Shown here: in pieces, positions 51,907-59,900 of the stretch
Layout of the letters: each line of letters begins with the position of its first letter
Numbering within the stretch: position 1 is the stretch's first letter
Source: Planctomycetota bacterium
GTDB taxonomy: Bacteria; Planctomycetota; Planctomycetia; Pirellulales; UBA1268
Reading direction: 5' to 3'
Length of the DNA stretch: 64,000 bases
Assembly: GCA_031403195.1 (NCBI GenBank)
Contig: JANNSZ010000007.1
Location: forward strand, 108,238-172,237
Notes under the pieces: model-generated
Database searches by the model: none
Seen by the model: the letters and a program-made list of their open reading frames with translations, nothing else
Told to the model about the DNA's origin: nothing
Made by a program: the position numbers and the translations under genes

Positions 51907-52985
51907 GACGCGCGGCATGACACACCTCTTTTCGTGGATAGTGGCGTGTCTGCTGTGGATTTCGGCGTGTCTATCGTGGCTTCGCGATACCGTGGCAATG
52001 CAATGCTGCGGACCGCTTCGCGTGGGAGCGTCCCTTCGGTGCCGCGTGCCAGATCGAGCACGGTCTCAGTGACCCGCCCTGTGAGGCCACCGTTCCAGGC
52101 GCCACCCACTCGTTCGAGCCGCAGTCGCCGCTCGAGGAGCGTGCCCCCTGGCAGTGAAGACGCTCCTGGCAGTGAAGACGCTCCTGGCAGTGGTGATACG
52201 GCGATTTTTGCTTCGGCCCATGAGGGCTCGCTGGCAGCCGTGGCCGGTCGTATGAAGAGGCCAATCGAGCCACTCGACCGCGCCGCCAGTTGCCAGCGGC
52301 GCATCGCGGTCGTCCATGGTGAGCGTGGTCGAGATTTTTCATGTCTGCGGTCGGCCCTCGCTGCCATTCCGCAGGCCGAGCGGCCCGCCACGCCTCGCGG
52401 CCAGGCCGCCACACCTCGCGGCCAGGCTGCCACACCTCGCGGCCAGGCTGCCACACTTCGCGGCCAGGCCACCACGACTGCCACGCCGCTACACCGAAGC
52501 GCCTGGTCGATCGTCCAGATTTCGTCGTCATCGTGTGACGGACGAGCCACGATGAGGTGACGCGAATCGCCAAGCCACGGCAGCACAGCCGGTGGGTGAA
52601 ACCATCCGCCACGATCCACCACAAGAATTGTCCGCGGGCCGGCCTGAGCGTCGGAGCGAATGCCGGAGGCCGTACCGGAAGCAGGCTGGGCGAGTCGGCA
52701 TGCAATGGCCAGGGCCAGCGAAACTGCTCCGGCACCGCTCGCTACGTTGCCCTCATCGCCGCGTGCGAGCCATTCCACAAGGCTGCCTCGCCTGAGGCCA
52801 CCGGCCGACAGGAGGGCATCGACCGCCTTGAAGCCGCTGCTGATCGCCTCCCGGGCGTCTTCTCGCCCTTCGATCTCGCCGCCGCTCGAGAGGCTGGCAG
52901 CGCTGAAGAGTGGCCGTGGGGTCGCTGCTGACAGGCTGGCGATTGTCACCATGGCTCGGCCTTTTCGCTGGACGTGGGCCGCCAT
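51903..52985 (-). CDS. imuA: ImuA (RecA/SulA-like) with repeat expansions
   Basis: ISSGFKAVDALLSAGGLRRGSLVEWL, DDEIWTIDQALRCSGVAVVVAWP and MRRWQLAARSSGSIGLFIRP follow the ImuA pattern. An alternative start is the ATG at 52952. It is about 100 aa longer than usual because of inserts and tandem repeats. Confidence 0.75.
   Translation of the reverse strand: MAAHVQRKGRAMVTIASLSAATPRPLFSAASLSSGGEIEGREDAREAISSGFKAVDALLSAGGLRRGSLVEWLARGDEGNVASGAGAVSLALAIACRLAQPASGTASGIRSDAQAGPRTILVVDRGGWFHPPAVLPWLGDSRHLIVARPSHDDDEIWTIDQALRCSGVAVVVAWPRSVAAWPRGVAAWPRGVAAWPRGVAGRSACGMAARADRRHEKSRPRSPWTTAMRRWQLAARSSGSIGLFIRPATAASEPSWAEAKIAVSPLPGASSLPGASSLPGGTLLERRLRLERVGGAWNGGLTGRVTETVLDLARGTEGTLPREAVRSIALPRYREATIDTPKSTADTPLSTKRGVSCRAS
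52147..52192. repeat. 18-bp tandem repeat, about 2.6 copies, in frame within imuA
   Basis: CCTGGCAGTGAAGACGCT appears twice and is then followed by CCTGGCAGTG. It encodes LPGASS-LPGASS-LPGG on the minus strand. Confidence 0.9.
52387..52470. repeat. 21-bp tandem repeat, 4 copies, in frame within imuA
   Basis: GCCAC(G/A)CCTCGCGGCCAGGC(C/T) x4, with 1-2 substitutions per unit. It encodes VAAWPRG heptads (AWPRSVAAWPRGVAAWPRGVAAWPRGVAG). Confidence 0.9.
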
Positions 52986-53006
52986 CTCGCAGCCCTGACG
53001 AATGAA

Positions 53007-53020
53007 TGTACGTGTGTACA
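53007..53020. promoter_or_regulatory. candidate LexA/SOS operator upstream of imuA
   Basis: TGTAC-GTGT-GTACA palindrome, 22 nt upstream of the imuA ATG at 52985. It resembles the GAAC-N4-GTTC (Gram-positive) and RGTAC-N3-DGTWCB (cyanobacterial) LexA box classes. Confidence 0.4.
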
Positions 53021-53221
53021 GTATTCGGCGTCACGCGACCTGTCAAGCATGCGGCAGCACCTGCTGTCCTGGGCTCCGTGCTTCGGGCAGCATTCGGAAT
53101 ATGGTTTCGTAGGCGAAACTGGCTTTGAACGGGTACAACCTGCCATGCTGGCGAGGCTGATGTTGACGGCAGTGCGCGAACTCAATGGCCAAACAAGCCT
53201 CAAGAACGACTTCCGTCGCCG

Positions 53222-56119
53222 TCACTCGACGGTGGCTCGGTGCACGTCGAGCGTCAAGACGCCGAGTAGTTGTTCGTCGCTCATTTCGGTAAGCAGGGCT
53301 TCGCCAGGAACATCCTGACCGAGCACTTGGTCGGCGAGATCCTGCTTGGTGCGGAGCATGGCGTCGATCCGCTCTTCGAGCGTCCCGCGGCAGACGAGCT
53401 TGTGGACCAACACGTTTCGCTTCTGCCCAATCCGAAACGCCCGGTCTGTGGCCTGGTTCTCCACGGCGGGATTCCACCAGCGATCGAAATGCACGACGTG
53501 TGATGCCGCAGTGAGATTGAGCCCGGTGCCACCAGCCTTTAGCGAAATGACGAAGAATGAGACGGAGTCGTTCTCCTGAAACTCCCGCACGAGCGTCGTG
53601 CGGCGGCCCACCGGCACGCCCCCGTGAAGCACGACACCGGGACGCCCAAAGACCTCTTCGAGCCAGCCCGCCAGCGGCTCACACAGCGACTGGAACTGCG
53701 TGAATACGAGCACCTTCTCCTGACGAGCCGCGATCGGTTCGCAAATCTCCGCCAGGCGCACGAACTTTCCGCTGTCTTCAGCTGGGTAGTACCCTGCCTT
53801 CTGCCCGAGGTACTGCGCGGGATGATTACAGATCTGCTTCAGCCGCATCGTCGTCGCCAGCACGATGCCGCGACGGCGAATATCATTGCCACGCCCCGCG
53901 TCGCGCATCGCCTCGAGCTCACGCTCGAGATCATTGACCGCCTTCTGGTAGAGCGCCGCCTGCTTCCGCGAGAGACCACACTCCGACCGCATCTCCGTTT
54001 TGGCGGGCAGGTCCGGCACAATCTTCGGGTCGGTCTTGAGTCGCCGCAGGATGTACGGCTGCACGAGCCGACGGAGCGGCGCAAATCCCTCGACATCGGC
54101 CTGCTTCCCGATCCGCTTGATGAAACTCTTGAACTGGCTGGCCGAGCCGAGAAGCCCCGGGCAACAAAAATCAAACAGCGACCAGAGGTCACCGAGCTGG
54201 TTCTCAACCGGCGTGCCCGTGAGCACGATCCGCACGTCGGCACGAAGCTCCTTGACGGCCTTGGTCTGGGCCGACGACGCATTCTTGATGGCCTGCGCCT
54301 CGTCGAGCACAGCCAGCCGCCATGAAACCTCGGTGACCCAGGGCAGCTTCTTCACAAGCGCATATGTCGTGACCACGATGTCGTATCCGGCAAGTTCCCG
54401 CTCGGGGTCGGCAGCGATGCGGTCGAGCAGTTCGGCAGGAGACTCCGAACGGTGCGCGAAGAGGGCGTTCAGGTCTGGCGCGAACCGAGCCAGCTCCTGC
54501 TTCCAGTTGCCGACGAGCGACGCGGGCACCACGAGCACGCATGGCCGGTGCTTGGCCGTGCGAGCCCCTTTTTTCCCTGTGGGCCGTGCGGCAGTGCCTG
54601 CGGCAATGTCGTCACGAAGCCGCAGAAAAAGGTCGATTACCTGAATCGTTTTGCCGAGCCCCATGTCGTCGGCCAGGCAGGCGCCCAGGCCGAGCTTCGT
54701 GAGAAACCAGAGCCAGCGAACCCCATCTTCCTGGTACGGCCGAAGTTTCGTGGCCAGGCCTCGTCCGGGCTCGCAGCCTGGCCGCCCTTGCGGATCTCGC
54801 AGGGAGGCAAGCGTGTCACGCAGCCAGCCGCCTGCCGTCACATGCGACCATTCCACCACCGACTCACCTGCCGCCTCATTCGTGCCAAAATCGGCACCTG
54901 CGAGGAGCCGCATCCCCGACACAAAATCGATGCCCTGGGCATGCTCGCGTTCGAGCTGCTTCCACTGCTCGAGGGCCTCGCGAAGCCGCTGTCGGTCCAC
55001 CTCGACCCAGCGGCCTCGCAGGAGCGTCAGGCTTTCGGTGCCGGCCAAGAGATCGCGGACCTCACCCTTGCTGAGCGGCTCGCCGTCGAGGGCGAGCGTG
55101 ACCGAGAAGTCGAGCAAGCCGTCCACGCCGATGACAGACGGCTCACCCTCGCCCAGCCGCACCTGCACGGTCGGCCGCGGCGGGCTGCGCCGTTGCCACC
55201 AGTCGGGCACGCGCACAGCCAGGCCGCTCTCTTCCATCGCCGGCACGTCGTGCAGAAAGCGGTGGGCCTCGCCGATCGTGATGGCATGCGGCGCGAAGAT
55301 GGTTCGCGAATCGAGCCACTCCCGGATGAGCGAGCTCCGCTGGGCCGCTGCCCGCACCGGGGCAAGCAGTTCCACGAGCTTGGCTTGATCGCGGCGGTCA
55401 GCGGACTCCTCGACGGCGTTGGCCAGCGGCAGGTGCTGCACCGTAGACGAGGCTGAGAGCCGGTGAGCATACGTGGCAAGAAACGCGAATGGTCGCGCCT
55501 CGTCGCGGCGGTTCTCCGCGAGATGAAACGTCACCTTACCGAGTAAATGAAGGCGAGGATCAGCCACCGCGAGTACCGCTGCGAGGCCCCCCTTCAGGCC
55601 CGCAGCGCGCTGGCAAACCGCGCTGGCGAGGTCGAACCACAGCTCGCGGAGCGTGGCCGCGCCGAGGTACTCGAGGCCATGCATCGGCGGTGCCGTCGCC
55701 ATGATCACTTCGAGAGCGAGCGGGTCTGGCGGTGGCACGAGCCGCTCCATGTCGCGTCGGGACTCGGCCTCCACGAATGCCGCACGGGCTTCTTCGGTGA
55801 GGTGGCCAATGGCCGTCACGAGCCGGCGGGCCACGCTGCGAAAAAAAGCCAGCTCGGGAGTCAGGGCAATCGTGTCGGCAAGGCCCGACAGATGCAGGAG
55901 CCCTGCGGCCTGACCTTCGGAGAAGGCAGCGGCGAACCTGGCAGCCAGTTCGGGTAACACCTCCGCGACCGACGGCGCGTCCTGGTTGGCAACGGCCTCA
56001 TACACGAGCCGCCCGTGGGGCGAAACTCGGAGTCGATAGAGGTCATGTTTCGCGACAGGCACAAAAGGGACCACTCGGGGATGAGCGGAAAGCGTGGCGA
56101 ATTTCGGGGTGGCCTTCAA
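53222..56119 (-). CDS. SNF2-family helicase/ATPase with a long bacterial SNF2-associated N-terminal region
   Basis: LADDMGLGKTIQVI (motif I), LDEAQAIKN (II), TGTPVENQLGDLWSLFDF, LKAGGTGLNLTAASHVVHFDRWWNPAVENQATDRAFRIGQ (V-VI). The start codon at 56119 is TTG, and no early in-frame ATG exists. Confidence 0.92.
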   Translation of the reverse strand: MKATPKFATLSAHPRVVPFVPVAKHDLYRLRVSPHGRLVYEAVANQDAPSVAEVLPELAARFAAAFSEGQAAGLLHLSGLADTIALTPELAFFRSVARRLVTAIGHLTEEARAAFVEAESRRDMERLVPPPDPLALEVIMATAPPMHGLEYLGAATLRELWFDLASAVCQRAAGLKGGLAAVLAVADPRLHLLGKVTFHLAENRRDEARPFAFLATYAHRLSASSTVQHLPLANAVEESADRRDQAKLVELLAPVRAAAQRSSLIREWLDSRTIFAPHAITIGEAHRFLHDVPAMEESGLAVRVPDWWQRRSPPRPTVQVRLGEGEPSVIGVDGLLDFSVTLALDGEPLSKGEVRDLLAGTESLTLLRGRWVEVDRQRLREALEQWKQLEREHAQGIDFVSGMRLLAGADFGTNEAAGESVVEWSHVTAGGWLRDTLASLRDPQGRPGCEPGRGLATKLRPYQEDGVRWLWFLTKLGLGACLADDMGLGKTIQVIDLFLRLRDDIAAGTAARPTGKKGARTAKHRPCVLVVPASLVGNWKQELARFAPDLNALFAHRSESPAELLDRIAADPERELAGYDIVVTTYALVKKLPWVTEVSWRLAVLDEAQAIKNASSAQTKAVKELRADVRIVLTGTPVENQLGDLWSLFDFCCPGLLGSASQFKSFIKRIGKQADVEGFAPLRRLVQPYILRRLKTDPKIVPDLPAKTEMRSECGLSRKQAALYQKAVNDLERELEAMRDAGRGNDIRRRGIVLATTMRLKQICNHPAQYLGQKAGYYPAEDSGKFVRLAEICEPIAARQEKVLVFTQFQSLCEPLAGWLEEVFGRPGVVLHGGVPVGRRTTLVREFQENDSVSFFVISLKAGGTGLNLTAASHVVHFDRWWNPAVENQATDRAFRIGQKRNVLVHKLVCRGTLEERIDAMLRTKQDLADQVLGQDVPGEALLTEMSDEQLLGVLTLDVHRATVE

Positions 56120-56232
56120 GCGGGTCCTGGTGCGAGCAACTCGTCGCCAATCCGAATGGATCGAGACAGACGGCTTTCGGTACGATTTCCCTTGAGAACT
56201 GGATCATTCGACCCCGCAGGAGGATCGCACGG

Positions 56233-57186
56233 ATGGCTTGGCGACATTTTGGGGGCGGATGGCCGGAGTATGTGCCGGTCGGGCAACGGATTGCCCGTGC
56301 CAAGGCGCGGGCGGCCAAGCAGGCGAAGCGGGCCGGTCGGGAGCCCGAACCGGTGATGATTACGGGCCGCGGCATGGCGACCACATTCTGGGGCCAGGCT
56401 TGGTGCAAGAACCTCGAAAGTCATAGCGACATCTCGAATCGTCTTCCTCGTGGCAAGACATACGCTCGCAACGGATCGGTCACCGACCTTGCGATTACCA
56501 AGGGCCGAGTCGAGGCGGTGGTTGCCGGCTCGATGGTGTACGACGTCGCGATCTCCATTGCCTCCATCGCGCCCGAGAAGTGGCGATCGATCAAGCGGGA
56601 CTGTGCCACATCGATCGGTTCGTTGATCGACCTCTTGTCGGGTCGGTTGGCCGACGACGTCATGCAGCGGCTCGTAAAGCCGGGCGACGGAATGTTTCCA
56701 TCGCCACGTGAAATCAGCGTGAAGTGTAGCTGTCCCGACGGCGCGAGGATCTGCAAACACATCGCGGCGGTGTTCTACGGTGTCGGCCACCGTCTCGACA
56801 CAAAGCCCGATCTCCTCTTTCTCCTGCGCGGGGTCAGTCAAACCGATCTCGTGGCGGCGGCGACCAAGGAGTCGGTGTCGCAGGCAGTTCGCGGCCAGTC
56901 GGCACACACCCTGGCCGCCGCCGATCTCTCGGCGATTTTCGGCATCGACCTGGGGGCATCGTCGGAGCCGAAAGTAATGGATCAGGCGGTCGCCCGACGC
57001 GTGAAGCCGGCGGTCCGCAAGCAGCCAGCGAAAGCCAAAGGCCCAGCAAAAACCCAGGAGCCTGTTCGCAAGTCCGCCCCGAAAAAAAAAGTGACCGCGA
57101 AGCAGAAACCATCAACCTCGCGAACGCCGATCGCTATCCGCAAGAAGGCGGGCAAGAAGCCGCGTGGCCGAACGAAGGGGAAGTGA
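56233..57186 (+). CDS. SWIM zinc-finger protein with a Lys-rich basic tail
   Basis: AGGAGG lies 9 nt upstream of the ATG. CSCPDGARICKHIAAV fits the CxC..CxH SWIM signature. N-terminal FWGQAWCKNLE..RLPRGKTYARNG is typical of bacterial SWIM partners of SNF2 ATPases. The C-terminal 65 aa are KPAxKK-like. Confidence 0.9.
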   Translation: MAWRHFGGGWPEYVPVGQRIARAKARAAKQAKRAGREPEPVMITGRGMATTFWGQAWCKNLESHSDISNRLPRGKTYARNGSVTDLAITKGRVEAVVAGSMVYDVAISIASIAPEKWRSIKRDCATSIGSLIDLLSGRLADDVMQRLVKPGDGMFPSPREISVKCSCPDGARICKHIAAVFYGVGHRLDTKPDLLFLLRGVSQTDLVAAATKESVSQAVRGQSAHTLAAADLSAIFGIDLGASSEPKVMDQAVARRVKPAVRKQPAKAKGPAKTQEPVRKSAPKKKVTAKQKPSTSRTPIAIRKKAGKKPRGRTKGK

Positions 57187-57239
57187 CGTTTCCCTCGCCG
57201 GAAGGTCGTCATTCGAGCACGCCCTTGCGGCATGAACCT

Positions 57240-58172
57240 TCAAGGTGCCCGCGGGGGCCAGAGCCGCCACAGGCCAGCGAGGCCGCTTCCGAGGACCGAG
57301 TGGACGAGCGCGGAGATGGCGCCCGGAACGGCGGCGAGTGGCTCGGTCGGGAAGTTGTTCTTGGCGAGCACGACGCCGAGGCCCGAGTTCTGCATGCCTG
57401 TCTCGATCGAGATCGTGCGGGCCACGATCGCTGGAAACCGAAACACCCACGCGAAGGCGTAGCCCACGCCAAAGCCTACTGAATGAAGCAGCACGATCGC
57501 CGCGAGGAGTGAGAGACCGCTTTCCTGCACGGCCTTGGCGTTCTGGCCGATGATGCTCCCGCAGATGAGCGCGACCGCCAGGACACTGACCAGGGGCGCT
57601 GCCGGCGTCACCTGCTTCACAACCGCGGCTGCAAACCGATTCAGAAAGATTCCAATCGCCACCGGTGCAACCACCACCTGAAACGTATCGAGAAGAAGCT
57701 TCAGCGAATCGACCTCCACGAGATGCCCTGCCAAAAGGCTCGTCAGCAGTGGTGTCAGGATCACGGCCGCGAGCGTGGAACAGGTTGTCATCGTGACCGA
57801 CAGGGCGACGTCGGCCTTGGCGATGTAGGTGACCACGTTGGACGCGGTGCCGCCGGGGCAGCAGCCGACGAGAATCAGGCCGACGGCGAACGGCGAGGGG
57901 AGATCCATCAGCGTGGCGATCGCCCAGGCTGCCGTCGGCATGATTGAGAACTGGGCCACGAAACCAGCGAGTACCGCTCCCGGCCGGGACGTCACTCGTG
58001 CAAAATCGGCTGGCGCGAGCGTCATACCCATGCCGAGCATCACGACGGCCAGCCCCCAGCTAATCAGCGGGCTGAACCAAGTGAAGAGTTCAGGTTTGAG
58101 AAGCGCGAGCCCGCAGGCGCCCGCCACCCAGAACGGAAATGCGTTTGCAAGCTGCTCGAGCAATCGTGTCAT
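57240..58172 (-). CDS. bile acid:sodium symporter (BASS/SBF) family transporter
   Basis: MTRLLEQLANAFPFWV..., VGLILVGCCPGGTASNVVTYIA and ISIETGMQNSGLGVVLA. 310 aa from the ATG at 58172. The 600-aa track ORF extension is rejected. Confidence 0.9.
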   Translation of the reverse strand: MTRLLEQLANAFPFWVAGACGLALLKPELFTWFSPLISWGLAVVMLGMGMTLAPADFARVTSRPGAVLAGFVAQFSIMPTAAWAIATLMDLPSPFAVGLILVGCCPGGTASNVVTYIAKADVALSVTMTTCSTLAAVILTPLLTSLLAGHLVEVDSLKLLLDTFQVVVAPVAIGIFLNRFAAAVVKQVTPAAPLVSVLAVALICGSIIGQNAKAVQESGLSLLAAIVLLHSVGFGVGYAFAWVFRFPAIVARTISIETGMQNSGLGVVLAKNNFPTEPLAAVPGAISALVHSVLGSGLAGLWRLWPPRAP

Positions 58173-58262
58173 CGTTGATTCGGGCTCGCTGGCTTTATTG
58201 ACATCGTGCCCGGCGATCGAGCCCGAGCAAAAGATACCGTGCCGGGGCATGATAGGAGCACC

Positions 58263-59201
58263 ATGCCTGACGGATTTGACTGCCGCCGAGCCACGCTCGA
58301 AGAGATTGTGCCCCTGCGGCATCGCATCCTTCGTGCCGGGATGCCGCTCGCGACGGCAAGCTTTGAAGGTGACGACGCCTCCGCCACGCGGCACTATGTG
58401 GCCTGCCACAAGGGCGCAGTCGTGTGCTGCCTCACGCTCGTGCCGTCTCCATGGGAGGGCCAGGCCGCCTGGCAGCTTCGCGGCATGGCCACGGATTCGG
58501 CGGTGCAGGGCAGGGGGCTTGGTCGACGACTGCTGGAGCTTGCTATCGCCGACGCCAAGCGTGACGAGCCGCAGCGCATCTTGTGGTGCAACGCCCGCAC
58601 CTCCGCGATCGGTTTTTATGAGCGGCTCGGCTGGCGAGCGGTCTCCGAGCCGTTTGATGTGCCGACGGTGGGGCCGCATGTGAAAATGATCTTGGCCGCG
58701 AGTCCTGCGACTCGGCCACCCGTCGCGGGCTTCATCGCCGTGGAGATCGTGTTTCTCGTGGCGACCCATCTGCTTGGTGGCCCGCCGTGGGTAGCCATCG
58801 GCGTGCTTGCGTGCGTGATGCAGATTGCAGGCGACTTTCGGCTTCGGTCGCTGCTTGGCATCGCCCCCGCACTCGCCTGGGCTGCCATGCATCACGCCAC
58901 CGGCAATCGCGAGCTCTTCTTTCCTTACTCGATGTACCTCGCGGCCCACGTGGCCGGTCAGTGTGCAGGTCGCGGATGGATGGCGGCCACGACAGCCGGG
59001 GGCATGATCGCCGTAGCGTTTCTGGCAATCCGCTGCCTTCAATCCGCGACACTCCCCGTTCTCGCCGTCGAGTTCGCAGTTGCCGCTGCGATTCTTGCGG
59101 CAGTCGTTTTCTCACTCACGGCCACTGGAAAACGGCCCGTGGCCGCTGTGGCCGTGGCAGCCCTCGCATCCTTCGCCGCGTATGCAGGTCTGGCGTTGTA
59201 A
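58263..59201 (+). CDS. GNAT N-acetyltransferase fused to a polytopic membrane domain
   Basis: AGGAGCA SD before the ATG at 58263. GNAT motif A is QLRGMATDSAVQGRGLGRRLL, plus ARTSAIGFYERLGW. About 170 C-terminal residues form 5-6 hydrophobic helices (IAVEIVFLVATHLLGG..., VAVAALASFAAYAGLAL). Confidence 0.8.
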   Translation: MPDGFDCRRATLEEIVPLRHRILRAGMPLATASFEGDDASATRHYVACHKGAVVCCLTLVPSPWEGQAAWQLRGMATDSAVQGRGLGRRLLELAIADAKRDEPQRILWCNARTSAIGFYERLGWRAVSEPFDVPTVGPHVKMILAASPATRPPVAGFIAVEIVFLVATHLLGGPPWVAIGVLACVMQIAGDFRLRSLLGIAPALAWAAMHHATGNRELFFPYSMYLAAHVAGQCAGRGWMAATTAGGMIAVAFLAIRCLQSATLPVLAVEFAVAAAILAAVVFSLTATGKRPVAAVAVAALASFAAYAGLAL

Positions 59202-59210
59202 AACGCACCT

Positions 59211-59236
59211 GTAACAGTTTGGCCTCGCGGCCGTTG
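59211..59236 (+). promoter_or_regulatory. candidate ECF-type autoregulated promoter
   Basis: GTAAC-N16-CGTTGTC sits about 38 nt upstream of the ECF sigma ATG and resembles the GAAC-N16/17-CGT ECF promoter class. Confidence 0.3.
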
Positions 59237-59273
59237 TCAGGGTGGGCATCCACGTTGGTGCAAGGAGCGAACC

Positions 59274-59900
59274 ATGTCGACCAGCAGCGAAACGCACCTC
59301 TGGCTGCTCGAAGCGGTTGACCAATACGAAAAACCGCTCACGCGCTACGCCCGGCGTCTGCTTGGCGATTTTGATTTGGCGGCCGACGCAGTGCAGCACG
59401 CGTTTCTCGCGCTCTGTGGCGAGCCGCGGGGGCGGGTCGGTGATCGCGTGGCGCCGTGGCTGTATCGAGTATGCCGCAATCGGGCGGTGGATCATCTGCG
59501 GCGGGCCGGCCGTGAACAATCGCTCGTCGCCGATCCTGCTGCGAACACCCTCCGCGAGACCGCTGCTTTCCATGAAGACGCGAGCTCCATCGACCCGGCC
59601 ATCGCCGTTGAACGGGCCGACCTGGCCTCGCGGCTCCATGAGCTTCTGCGGGATCTCCCAGCATCTCAACGAGAGACGATCGACCTCTGGTGTGAAGGAT
59701 TTTCGTATCGCGAGATCGCTGCGATCAGTGGCCGCCAGGAGGGGCATGTGCGCGTGCTCGCTCACCGCGGCCTCACGGCACTGCGACAGCATCCGCTGGT
59801 CCGCCAACTGCTCGCAGAGACTCCGCACTCCACGATTGCAACCGACCACCTGCCGCTGCCCACGTCCACCTGCCACATCTCCGGGGAGAACCAGCCATGA
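59274..59900 (+). CDS. ECF (sigma70 group 4) RNA polymerase sigma factor
   Basis: Region 2 is PWLYRVCRNRAVDHLRR. Region 4 is LPASQRETIDLWCEGFSYREIAAISGRQEGHVRVLAHRGLTALR. AAGGAG SD. The stop overlaps the next ATG (ATGA). Confidence 0.9.
   Translation: MSTSSETHLWLLEAVDQYEKPLTRYARRLLGDFDLAADAVQHAFLALCGEPRGRVGDRVAPWLYRVCRNRAVDHLRRAGREQSLVADPAANTLRETAAFHEDASSIDPAIAVERADLASRLHELLRDLPASQRETIDLWCEGFSYREIAAISGRQEGHVRVLAHRGLTALRQHPLVRQLLAETPHSTIATDHLPLPTSTCHISGENQP

Noticed and set aside
52147-52470. Possibility that the 18- and 21-bp repeats are a CRISPR array
   Set aside because: The units are contiguous with no spacers, are far shorter than CRISPR repeats, lie in frame inside a gene, and no cas genes are present.
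51971-52735. 254-aa alternative same-strand frame across the imuA repeats (GREVWQP repeats)
   Set aside because: The conserved ImuA segments (GGLRRGSLVEWL, DQALRCSG..VVAWP, RRWQLAA) all lie in the 51903..52985 frame. The alternative frame is open only because the repeat unit lengths are multiples of three.
58173-59042. Upstream 290-codon extension of the BASS transporter ORF (track ORF 57240..59042, 600 aa)
   Set aside because: Transporter homology starts at MTRLLEQ (ATG 58172). The extension is Arg/Gly/His-rich and overlaps the well-supported GNAT gene on the opposite strand.
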